Part shown: piece after piece, positions 47,751-58,400 of the stretch
How positions within the stretch are numbered: position 1 is the stretch's first letter
Layout of the letters: each line of letters begins with the position of its first letter
IMG/VR virus record: IMGVR_UViG_3300046542_000271
Span: 48,422 to 112,421 of that record
Direction: 5' to 3' (one strand)
DNA from: a virus
DNA length: 64,000 bases
Made by a program: the position numbers and the translations under genes
Notes under the pieces: model-generated
Told to the model about the DNA's origin: nothing
Database searches by the model: none
Seen by the model: only the letters and a program-made list of their open reading frames with translations

Positions 47751-48251
47751 ATGCTAGATTTTATTTACAGTCTATTCGGCGTGGATAAATTCTTCCTGCC
47801 CGAACGATTACCTGATGACGATTGGGAACGCATGTTTCTCCTGGCGGAAGTCGCCACGTCTATAAAATTACCGCAACTTGGGAGCAAACACTTCGACGTC
47901 ACCTTGATGACGTACACAGACACCGTAAATGACCTGTTCTTCAGGTTAGACACGTTGTACTCCTGCATGCGATCTGAAACAGACACTCCTAACACCTGGA
48001 GAGCCCGTAGACGGAGCATGAGCGAAGTAACCATTGTGGACTACTATTACGATGTCCGTAGCGGTTACAGAGCACCTCAGGACGTTCTAGAGCTATTGCT
48101 GCAAAAGCTGTCAGTCATACATTACGAGTATGTAGACAAGTACACCGATCCACTGCATTCATACTCTATCTACATGAGAAAGAACTTCTCAGGGGTGGTG
48201 AGTGACGTGCTCTCTGTGCTCGAAACATCAATAACGATCCGCAACACCTAA
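47751..48251 (+). CDS. Hypothetical protein
   Basis: 166-aa ORF, divergent from the previous gene and only 11 nt away. Confidence 0.55.
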   Translation: MLDFIYSLFGVDKFFLPERLPDDDWERMFLLAEVATSIKLPQLGSKHFDVTLMTYTDTVNDLFFRLDTLYSCMRSETDTPNTWRARRRSMSEVTIVDYYYDVRSGYRAPQDVLELLLQKLSVIHYEYVDKYTDPLHSYSIYMRKNFSGVVSDVLSVLETSITIRNT

Positions 48252-48302
48252 AACATCCTCTGTCCCTCCATCGAAAGTAAGTGGGACCTGCAACAGGATA
48301 CG

Positions 48303-48761
48303 ATGATGAGCGCCAAAACGTTTCGAACGATAGTCAACAACCCGGAGACTGGTAAAGACGATGTAGAGAACCTACTCGCTTTAATGTTTCGAGATATCCT
48401 CATGGCCCACTCCCCTAACGTCGACTCGCTCGACCGAAAGATGGAACGCTATTACCAAAAGGTGTACGGGGGTGATCGGCGGTTAGTGGCTCAGGAGAAG
48501 AATAACCTCTCCCGTGCCTTGACCCGTCCGTCCATCTCGTGGGAACGGTTGGAGACCTTGATCCAACTGTTGGGCTGTGACAAGTACGTTGTGCGCATCG
48601 ACATGCATTACGGCGAGAAGATTTACACCAGCGAGATCGAGGTTCGGAACCGTTACTCCGATCGTCGATTGCAACACGTCGCTGAATCCAATCGCAAACG
48701 TCGCAAACCCGCGAGTGAGAAACCGAAACCCGAAACACCAGAGGATCACGAAGATGAGTAA
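48303..48761 (+). CDS. Conserved hypothetical protein (possible HTH-like)
   Basis: LA..FR.IL and EKNNL.RAL....ISW motifs. Confidence 0.6.
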   Translation: MMSAKTFRTIVNNPETGKDDVENLLALMFRDILMAHSPNVDSLDRKMERYYQKVYGGDRRLVAQEKNNLSRALTRPSISWERLETLIQLLGCDKYVVRIDMHYGEKIYTSEIEVRNRYSDRRLQHVAESNRKRRKPASEKPKPETPEDHEDE

Positions 48762-49239
48762 GCAAGAAGTACCCGCCCACAGCCCTCTGGACGATGGCAT
48801 TACCCATATCGACGTTTACACCAAGGGTCGTACACGCTTGGGTAGACTTTTGACTAACCTGTCTGACCTTCCAGTCAATCACCCGACTTACGGGATGTTC
48901 CGTACAGCTGAAGGTCTGTGGTATTACCTGAAAACAGGTTGCAAACACGAATCGCTCAGAGCCATGTCTGGTTTCGATGCGAAGAAGTTTGGCAACACAC
49001 TCGAGGTGGTGTGGAAGCAAGACTTCAAGGAGCAGTTCCTTGTAGGCGTTCGCGCCAAGGTCATGGACAATGAAGAGTTGAAAGAACTGTTGCGTGGTTC
49101 TGATCTCCCCTTCGCCCATTACTACTTTTACGGATCTCCGTACGCTGATAACCCGCCGAAAGTTGTCTACCCGCGTGACAGCGATTGGCAGATGGAGTTC
49201 TTCGAAGAACTTCGTAAAGAGCTGAAGCAACAAGCATAA
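48754..49239 (+). CDS. NADAR/T4 gp30.3-related protein
   Basis: GRLLTN...P..HP.YG.F.TAEG.W..LK, G..AKK.G and L.ELL..S.LPF.H motifs resemble the NADAR pattern. Confidence 0.55.
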   Translation: MSKQEVPAHSPLDDGITHIDVYTKGRTRLGRLLTNLSDLPVNHPTYGMFRTAEGLWYYLKTGCKHESLRAMSGFDAKKFGNTLEVVWKQDFKEQFLVGVRAKVMDNEELKELLRGSDLPFAHYYFYGSPYADNPPKVVYPRDSDWQMEFFEELRKELKQQA

Positions 49240-49285
49240 TCATGGCCGGGGAGTAATCCCCGGCTTTATGCACTTTCTTTTTTTT
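49234..49285 (+). terminator. Terminator with GCATA/TATGC flanks and U-tract
   Basis: GCCGGGGA-GTAA-TCCCCGGC, then TTTATGC and a T8 tract. Confidence 0.8.
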
Positions 49286-49317
49286 GCGAATGTTGTGTAA
49301 ACAACGCGAGGTTTATC

Positions 49318-50343
49318 ATGACAACTGGTCGCTTAGCAAATTCGATCTTCCAAGGGCGTCCCTCCGACAAGCTCTTGGTTAAAGATACGTACGAGGTCAC
49401 GAACACCGAGACCCGTAACAGTGTGTTTGAAACCACCAAGGGGATCTACTCGGATGCCATTGATGGATTGAAGGGCAACACCAGTTCTCCCCGTGAGTTG
49501 ACGGAGCTTGTACTGGGTGCTAAGAACGGCAACCTCACCAAGATGGAGATGGTGGAGAAAGCCCTCGGTACCATGGGTTCTTCCCTCCCAAGCCTTTTGG
49601 GGCAAGTGGGTGGTACGCTCGCTAACGTCCTAGGAGACACGTTAGGCGAATCAGGCTACGGTGACATCGCTCAACTCGGCAAACTCCTCTACGGTGCCGC
49701 TCCGACCTTCATCAAGGGTGCTGACGTCGATGATGCCGACTCCCTGATCCGATTCGTAGGAGAGCTCACCGGTAAGGGCGATCTGATGGAGTTCGTCAAC
49801 TTAGGAGCCGAGGCTGGTATCCTAAGTGGCATCGCTAAGCAGCTGGTCCGTTACGGGGTCGGTGACTTGGTCGATGACGTGGCCGAGATGGCTCACGATG
49901 AATCCGTCAAGAACGCTATCTTCCGTGCCATCATTGAAAACGCCATCAACACCTCTGACCTGAAGAGTGTGAACAAGGCACTGGATAAGTTGGGGGCTGA
50001 CGGTCTGTTGGCTGAGCGTCCTAACGCTATCGCAGAAATCCTGGCAGGCTACAAGTTCCCGGAAGACTTCGACATGCGGTTGGCTGCTGCTGAGCGAGTC
50101 AAGTTGATCAGCACCTTGGCAAGGATCTCCATCTATTGGAGTACCAAGTTGCGTAATGGCGTGGCTATCCCCGACTACAAGAACTGGGTGGCCTTGGGGA
50201 CTGATGCCAAAGTCTTGATGATGATGGCTGAACCTGAGCGTACCATGGCGATCAGCTGTGGAGCGATCCGTCCCATGAACGTTGCAGGTGTTCAGGCTGA
50301 GTTGTATCCGGCGGGTTACGTCGTCAACAAAAGTAACGCATAG
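49318..50343 (+). CDS. Hypothetical (probable virion) protein
   Basis: SD GAGG. 341 aa, convergent on the tail genes. Confidence 0.65.
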   Translation: MTTGRLANSIFQGRPSDKLLVKDTYEVTNTETRNSVFETTKGIYSDAIDGLKGNTSSPRELTELVLGAKNGNLTKMEMVEKALGTMGSSLPSLLGQVGGTLANVLGDTLGESGYGDIAQLGKLLYGAAPTFIKGADVDDADSLIRFVGELTGKGDLMEFVNLGAEAGILSGIAKQLVRYGVGDLVDDVAEMAHDESVKNAIFRAIIENAINTSDLKSVNKALDKLGADGLLAERPNAIAEILAGYKFPEDFDMRLAAAERVKLISTLARISIYWSTKLRNGVAIPDYKNWVALGTDAKVLMMMAEPERTMAISCGAIRPMNVAGVQAELYPAGYVVNKSNA

Positions 50344-50377
50344 GGCATAGAGGCGGGGATTGTCCCCGCCTCTATGC
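50338..50377. terminator. Bidirectional terminator with GCATA/TATGC flanks
   Basis: GCATAGAGGCGGGG-ATTGT-CCCCGCCTCTATGC. Confidence 0.85.
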
Positions 50378-50380
50378 TGT

Positions 50381-52354
50381 TTACGCTCGAGATGTTGGCA
50401 GAGACAACATCTTGATCACATCGCCAGGCATGGTATCCATAATGCCGGATGCCATTCGTGCTGGAGACTTCCACGTTCCGTACTCAGCCCGACCGCGCGC
50501 CATTGCCAGCTTCCACCGGCGTTTGGTGCTGATCTGATCTTCGAACGGAAGACTTGCAAGAGTAGCCAGGTAATCGGTGTATTTGTTGTCCTCACCATAC
50601 GTGGCTTTGGAGAACGCAGTCACCGCAGCAACACCGGCGCTACCGCCAGCCTCACCACCCAACGCACTACCCACAGACTCAGCGGCCAAGGTAGCAGCGC
50701 CTTGTACGTTACTGAAGCCTGGGTTGATCGGCATCGACAGGATAGTCGAGAGGTCGACGATGGTGATCGTCACATCGATACCCAGTGGCTTGCCAGTCTT
50801 GGTCCAACCTACGTCACCCACACCACGTTCTACCGAGATGGATTCAATCATCCCTTCGCGGATTTGTGTCCGACCTTGGTTAAAGACCTCCAGCAAGAAC
50901 GGACCGTCGTAGGAAGCACGACCTGTTGCTCGTGGTAGACCCAATGCCAAGATGCCGCACAGTGGGATAAAGAGGTTCTTCAACCGCAGCCAGTCATCCG
51001 CCGCCCAACAGCGCAGAGGAATCGTGAGTGTGGTTCGGTTGAGGTCAGCCGAGGACGCTTCGTAGGTCTTCTGGATGTCAGCGAATGCGTTACCCGCCAA
51101 CGCCATGAAGCCTTCGATCTGGAACGCTTCGAAGGTACCCGCCACGACAGACTTGAGTTTGTCTGCCATCCAACCGATGGGTCCTGCGATGTTACCGTCA
51201 GCGATGTTGAAGCGCGCCATCCGAGCACGAGAGCTGATCCCGTTGATCTCGGTCTGTAGCGTCGGTTGAGTCATGCTGTTGCTGAACGACTCAGACTGCG
51301 TACCGGTGTGGTTGCAGCGGAAGGTTACGAAGTCAGCACCCATGCGGGCGTTCGACACCGATTCCTTCCAGAGACGTGTCAGCCACGCTTCATCTTCCGT
51401 GGTGTCCTGTTCCGACGAATACTGGTACTCATCGTTCCACTCACCGGAGACAGCCAAGTAGGCCTTCTCGTAATCGGAGAGGGAATAGGAACGGTCCTGC
51501 AACTTCCGCGTACCAGCCATCGCTCCATCCAGGAGGATGTTGCGCAATTCGTCAGCACGCGTTTCAGGGTTGCCAGACAGTTGATCCAGTTGTGCATCCA
51601 ACATCTTGCGATAACGGTCTGCCAGACGTTGTGCCTTGGTGGAGAGGGCAAAGAAGTCCAAGCCACCTTCGGAGTTGATCATCTCACCGTAGACCCTCGC
51701 CATAGCGCTTTGGTCTGCTTCGGTGGGTGTCTGCACTGGATCGTAGAAACGCTTGGTATCTTCAGCCAAGAAGTTCGGCGTCAGACCCAAGTTCACCATG
51801 ATCCCGTTCACCATGGAGTTCACGGCGTACCAATACGGGTACATGGTGGGCTTGAGGTAATAGAACTTCGACCGTGGCATGCCGAGTGCGAACTTAATCG
51901 CAGACCCGATCATGATAAACGGTTGCAGGGGCAAGGTACCGATGATGCCAGCAGCCTTACCAATAGAGAACCAGATGTCCGGACCACGACCCGTCCTCGC
52001 TACAGCGCCAGCGTGCACGTTGTAGAAGTTACTGAAGAAGTTGGTCATGGAGTTGAACTTCGGCACCCCGCAACGGATGTGAACCAATTGCGAGTTGTCG
52101 TCAATCACTTCACTGTACCAGCGACCCATCCCGTTACTCGCACTGAATACCGACTTGTGCGGGAAGTCGCAGTTCTCCGTGAACTGGGACAACGGGTTAA
52201 GCGCGAAGTGTCCACCAAGGCTGGTGTCGGTGAACTTACGAGAGGCGGTACTGTAATAACGCCGACGATCGTTCAACGTATCGGAAAGTGACGAAGGCGG
52301 TACAAGGAATGCACGACCGGCCCAAGCTTTATCGAGCTGGGTTGTCCTTGCCAT
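50381..52354 (-). CDS. Baseplate/tail protein (phiKZ gp182-like)
   Basis: KFTDTSLGG...NP..QFT, GMGRWYSE.IDDN, KFYYLKPTM..YW and ITIVDLS motifs. Directly downstream of the gp181 homologue. Confidence 0.75.
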   Translation of the reverse strand: MARTTQLDKAWAGRAFLVPPSSLSDTLNDRRRYYSTASRKFTDTSLGGHFALNPLSQFTENCDFPHKSVFSASNGMGRWYSEVIDDNSQLVHIRCGVPKFNSMTNFFSNFYNVHAGAVARTGRGPDIWFSIGKAAGIIGTLPLQPFIMIGSAIKFALGMPRSKFYYLKPTMYPYWYAVNSMVNGIMVNLGLTPNFLAEDTKRFYDPVQTPTEADQSAMARVYGEMINSEGGLDFFALSTKAQRLADRYRKMLDAQLDQLSGNPETRADELRNILLDGAMAGTRKLQDRSYSLSDYEKAYLAVSGEWNDEYQYSSEQDTTEDEAWLTRLWKESVSNARMGADFVTFRCNHTGTQSESFSNSMTQPTLQTEINGISSRARMARFNIADGNIAGPIGWMADKLKSVVAGTFEAFQIEGFMALAGNAFADIQKTYEASSADLNRTTLTIPLRCWAADDWLRLKNLFIPLCGILALGLPRATGRASYDGPFLLEVFNQGRTQIREGMIESISVERGVGDVGWTKTGKPLGIDVTITIVDLSTILSMPINPGFSNVQGAATLAAESVGSALGGEAGGSAGVAAVTAFSKATYGEDNKYTDYLATLASLPFEDQISTKRRWKLAMARGRAEYGTWKSPARMASGIMDTMPGDVIKMLSLPTSRA

Positions 52355-52402
52355 GAGGAGACCTCCGTGGGTGAATGGGGGAGTCTGACCTCCCCCATGG
52401 GT

Positions 52403-55400
52403 TTACGTTACCGCGTTGGTGCGACGAGTGTTGATCGGGTTACGACCACTGCCCGTGCTGGTAGGCGTAGCGCGTGGGGTGGCTTCTGGCGGAGTCCCTG
52501 CGGACTCATCCTTCGACCACTGACGTTGGCCATCCTTGCTGCCTGGCATTGCTTCCGGTTGTCCTTGCGAAGCCGGTTGCTGCTTCGACATCGCTTCCAG
52601 GTATTGACGAATCTGCGTCAGAGAGCTATCCATCGACTTCTGCACTTCCAGTTGCTGTTGCAGCAACGGACCGACTGTCGTACTCAGCTCAGCTGTGGAT
52701 TGCGCCATGCTGTTCTGATTCTGATTAGCCGTGGATTGCGAGATCGTTGGGGCGAGTGGAGACCCGGTCGATGGACCGGTACCAGCGGAGTCTTGCGCGG
52801 CGTTCCCAGTAGGTGCTGGACCTGTCTGAGTGTTGACTGCGGCGGAAGAACCCGAAGCTGCACCGTTAGCCGACTCAGCAACATCCTGAGCGCTGACTGG
52901 CGAACCAGTGGCGTTGGTGGTATCTTCTTCTGCTGGAGCATCCCCTACCGACTTGGCCGAAGTGTTAGCGCCTGCGCCGATGACGGACATGGTGAATGGC
53001 CGACCCGCCATCTTCTCGTTAAACTGAGCGACAGCTGCACGGCTTTGTTGCACCGCTTTCTGCCCACCCACTTTACCTTTACTCAGGCCGAGAAGAATGC
53101 AACCCTCTACGTGAGAGTTGTAGCCCTTGGATTCGTCACCTGCCACGTTGCCCGAGTGGATCAAGATAGCCGTACGCCCTGGGACGTTCTGCACTTCGTA
53201 GATCTGCCCGAACTTCGGCGAGTTACGCATCGCCACCTGGTAGGTCCCTGGAGGAATGCACGAGGCACCCGTAGCGTTTCCACGCCATGGGAGTTCCAGA
53301 GTGCAGAACTCAGTACCGTCCGGTAGACGTAGTGTACCAAAGGTACCCTGATCATCATCCGGTTCACGGGTGAGGACTGCGTTACCCGAAGCGGCTGCTG
53401 CACCGGCATCTGGGGAAGGAGGTTGAGAGTACGAGGTTCCTGCGTTGCTGGCACCAGTAGGCATGCCATTGGACGCATTCGACACCGCACCTTCAGAACC
53501 ACCACCTCCACCACCCGTTGCCATCGGAGCCGAACCACCCGACTCACCTGGAGCGTCAGCAGTAGGCGCACCACCACCTTGACCTTGAGCGGCTTGAGTG
53601 TCCATGCCGATCTCAGGAGCTGCTCCACCGATTTCACCCTCACCATTCTGAGGTTTGTTCTCGGCGGCTTCGTTCTCGCTACCTTCAGCGACAACAGGCT
53701 TCTGACCAGGCTTGAGATCGTGCTGACTGCGCGCGGCTTGCATACGGCGGTCGATCTCTGCCAAAGCTTCTGCAACCGTCCTGACGCGACCGTAGACGCC
53801 TTTACGACCTGTAGGCTCACGGAACACCGAAGCGTTAGCCTTGACTGCTGCACTGCCCACGATATCCTCAGAACTTGCAGAACCCGGAGCTGTCAAGAAC
53901 TTACGTGCACCATACGCACCCAAGAAGTGCGCTGCGTACAGAGCCGTATCCGTGATAGGGACTTTCGCCTTCTCTTTCAAGTAAGCGTAGTTCTCCTTCA
54001 TGTACTCCATCCCCATCAACGCGTTCGCCCGAGGGTCAAACTGATGGGTGTTCGAAGCAATGCCATACTTCTTACCGTACTTGCGCAGCATGTCACCCCA
54101 AGTACCGTTCACGAATTGGTAGAGACCTTTCGCGGAAGAGGTACCTGCACCGGCACGAGGTTTGAATTGAGACTCCACCGCAGCTACGTTCGCGGAGATG
54201 AACGGGTCGAAACCTGCCATCTTCGCTGCACCCACGATGATGCCCTTCATCGCTTCCCAGCCATCGCCATTAGCCGTTGGCAAGGTGTTGATGTCACCAC
54301 CTGCACCACCACCAGGGTGAGCAACAGCAGCACCCATCGAAGCAACCGGAGGGCCACCCACACCAGGGATCGGGGTAAGGCCTGGACCGCCACCTGCCAT
54401 GCCGGACTGACCGCTCGACGTGTTAGCGCCTGCGGCTGTACCACCAGGATCGCCACCGAACCCGAAGAATTTCTTCACCGAGCTGACAGCGTTGCTGAAC
54501 AGACCACCTTCTTCCTTCTGCTGGTTAGGCGAACCTTGGTTCAGGTTACTGCCTTCAATAGCGGATTCAGGTTGCTCAGCTTTAGATCCAGCTGCCGCTT
54601 GGATGCCATTCTTCAAACCATCGACCGCGAGGGACTTCAGGCTCTTAGGCAGTGCATCAATGTACGGCGTGGTGACACTGGCGTCTTTACCCAGGACGTA
54701 GTTAGGCCATGGGCTAGGCATGTTCAGCCAAACGAGCGTACCGGCGTCACTGTCCACCGCTTGGGTGGTTTCGATCAGCACGTCACGCATCAGCTGACTG
54801 GTCAGGTTACGTGGAGCCTGACGGACATCACCAGGCAGACGACGACGGACCGAGATAGCGTATTGCAGGAACGTAGGCATGAAACGATAACGCAGCCACA
54901 TCAGCACGTTCTGAGGATTACCCCCAGTCGGAGTGAAGATGCCGATCACCGTGTCTTCTAGCGCCGTGAGATCACCGTCGATCAACGCGTTGTCGTAGCC
55001 GTTGAATTTCAGGAAGTCCCAGTAGAGCTCTTCGACTTGTTGGAGTTGTTTGCACTTCTCCCCATCGAAGTCAGTCAGGCCGTATTCCAGGTAACGCACC
55101 GCAGTCGGGATATCCAGGGAAGACGCGTAGGCTTTCACCTTACTCGCTTGTACCTGGTAGAAGCTCTTCAACAGGCTTCCAACCGCACCACCGACCATCG
55201 ACAATGGATCTGCCGCCTTCAGTGGTTCGTTCGTCCAGCGTGCCATCAACGCCGGTTCTTCCTGAGACTCGAACTTCGGAGCAGTCGAGACCGTAGCCCC
55301 ATCCACTTCCTTAGACACAGGACCGCCTTCAGGTAGAGGCAACGCCGTCATCGCTACACCAGCCGCAGCTGCCGCCAAAGGACCTGCACCGGTTGGAGAC

Positions 55401-58400
55401 AATGCGGTTGTAGGATCAATCCCACTGCGCATCATCCCACCGATATCCAGCGCTTCTCCCTCCGCAGCCTTCTTCTTCGCTGCTGCCGCCAGTGGATCCA
55501 ACCCACCTACTGCTACAGCCGCTACCGCCTTACCGAGTTCACCACCCTCAGCCTCTGGGTCTTTCGGTGTGTCCTGAGACTTCGCAGCCTCTGGTTTCTT
55601 CTCGGTCTCCTTGATGCGGTCACGCACCAGCTCGAACGCGTCCTCAACATCGCTAGCGCCGCAATCCAACGAACCGCCAAAGCCCATCGTCGAATCGAAC
55701 GGGGTTTCCAACACGGCGTTGTAGATCTTCTCGAAGTTCTTCAGGTCAACGATCTCGAGGAACTCTTTGATCACCGACCCATCGATCAGTTGGTCCGCTT
55801 CGCTGAGCTTAGTGGACTTCACTGTCTTCTTCATACCGCCAACGTGTGCCAGGAACACTGGACGGAAACGCTGAGCCAGCCACTTCAATGCCCACCGCAG
55901 GCGTTTGTCCTCACCCTCTTCGATCTCAAGGATCTCCATGAGTTTTGGAATGGCCACCTTGGCTGCATCGATGTTGGCTTTATCACCGTTGAAGGTCACC
56001 GCAGGAAGAAGCAACTCTTCCATCGCAAGCATCTGCTTGACGCGGGTCTCATCCGTAGGTGCCACACCGTACTGCGTCATCCGGAGATAGAAGATCGGGT
56101 TGTCTTTGGCTTGCGAGGACTTGTACCACTTATAGCCCACGTAACCCACCGCTGCGATAGCGGCTGCTGCCAAGACCACTGGAGCCGACAAGATAGCCCC
56201 GATGCCAGTCGCTGCTGCTGCACCCCACCCGAGTAGAGTGGAACCTGCTGCGGCTGCCGCTGTCCCGAGACCTGCCATCATACTGGAGCCCATCACGGCA
56301 CTGCCAGCCATCATGGCGCCTTCGACTGCCATCGTACCACCCCGTACTGCCCAACCGGCTGCACGAGAACCTGCGATACGACCACCCAGACCTCTGGCCT
56401 TGGCGCCTAAGCCACCGAGTCTGCCACGGATACCGCGACCTCCCCGCCCGCCTCGACCACCGCGTCCACGACGCTTACCACGTCCTTCACCACCATCACC
56501 ATTCCAGCCATCAGCGATGTTACCCAGATCCGCAGCTTGATCGAGCAGGCCATCTTCAGCCGACTCTTCAACACGGTCCCCGAGCTCATCCAGGGCGGCG
56601 TCTAGGTTCTTACCGAGCTTGTCGATAGCCTTGACGACATCTGCGTTATTACCGCTGGCTTGTTTGGCGCTGTCCTTCTCATCCTTCTTCGCCTTACGAC
56701 GTTTCAGGATGTCGTTCCAAGAGTTGTCGCGATCCCCGTCTCCATCGAGGTCCCACTTGTCGCGTTGTTCCATCTTGAACTTTTCACGCAGGAGTTCGAA
56801 GATGCTGCGCTGCGTGTTGAGCTGCTGGATACCGACTTCGAACACGGCAGTATGGAGTTCTTCATCACCACCGTACATGCCACCGGCTGCGACACCTTCC
56901 GGAGAGTCGGCTTTAAAGCCCATCTTCCCAGCAAGACCCATCCCCATGCTCTTGACGCCACGACCAATCGCCTTAGCCCCTTTCCACAATCCCTTGTAGA
57001 ACTTGCCAGCCATGCGAGCGTAACCCTTAGCACCTCTCAATGCCAGGTCACCTGCCCAAGCCGTACCCGAGACCAAGCCACGACCCACAGTGAACAACAG
57101 CGAACCGTTGCGCGTGTAGAGCGACTTGTACTTATCGAGTTCCTCTTGCGAGATGACTTCATTGTCCTCGATATCGAACACTGGACCCTTGATGTCTTTG
57201 AGGGACGTCAATGGAGCGCCGTCAGCATCCCGGTAGAATCCTTTCTTCAGCAACGAGGAACGGATGCGTGGTTCTTCGTCACCTGGGAAGTAGGCATCGA
57301 ATTGCACGAACTGATCGTAGGCGAGGTTGAAGGCGCCTTTCATCGCTTTGCCCATCAGACCGTAGCTGCCACGTACGTAGCGGCCAGCGAGTCCAGCAAG
57401 GCCCAAGCCTGCACTGAGACCTTTACGACCTACCCAGCCAGCCAGGGATTCACCATCACCAGACATCAAGCCTTTGTCGAACTCTTCCTGAGTCAACACG
57501 AACTCACCTTCCCGGTTCTTCACCGGACCTGTGATGTCCTTGAGCTTCTCGATGACCTTCTTGGTGTTGACGTCGAAGTAGTAGCCACGACGGATGTTCT
57601 TGGCAGTCAATGCAGGTTCAGTCTCACCCTGCACATGGACATCGGACACGCCGAGACCATTGATAGCCGTGAACGGAAGCTTGGCACCAGCAACGCCCAG
57701 CTTACCAGCGCCCATGACACCAGCACCGATCGTCTTGTAAGACCAACCCAAGTACTTGCCCAGACCACGCAGTGCCATACCCGGAGCCTTCTTGGCAGCA
57801 CCCCAGACACGACCACCGATCCCACGGGACTGACCAGGAGTGGCTTCACCTTCCGGTCCAGCTTCACCGCCACCCATGTGACCAGCGCGATGGAGTTCCT
57901 CGGCCAGCACTTCACGCATGCGGTCCCAGTATTCCTTGCTGCCTTCAGTCGCACCGCCAAACGCATTGCTGACGAATTCCTTAGCACGGTCGAAAGCATC
58001 GCGAGGATCAAACTCGTCCAACTTCTCACGAGCCTTATCGCGCAACCCTTCAGCTTTCCGACGAACGTCGAAGTCTTCAATCTTGCCGAGTGCCTTATCC
58101 TTCAGACCTTCAGCACGACCACGGACATCAAAGTCTTCCAACTGAGCACGCAGTTCTTCAATCTTCTCGAACGCTTGATCACGGAGACCTTCCGTCTTAC
58201 CGCGCGCATCGAACTCATCGTACTTGACGAGAGCTTTATCGGTGAGGGCTCTGAGTTTCCCCTGAGCGTCCCACTCTTCGACACGTTTACGAGCAGCATC
58301 CGCCCGACCTTGTGCGTCGAACTGATCCCACTGATCTTGCGCCAGATTGCGGGCTTCGGCGATACGACCAGGAATGTCGAGACCGTGGTACTTGCTGACC

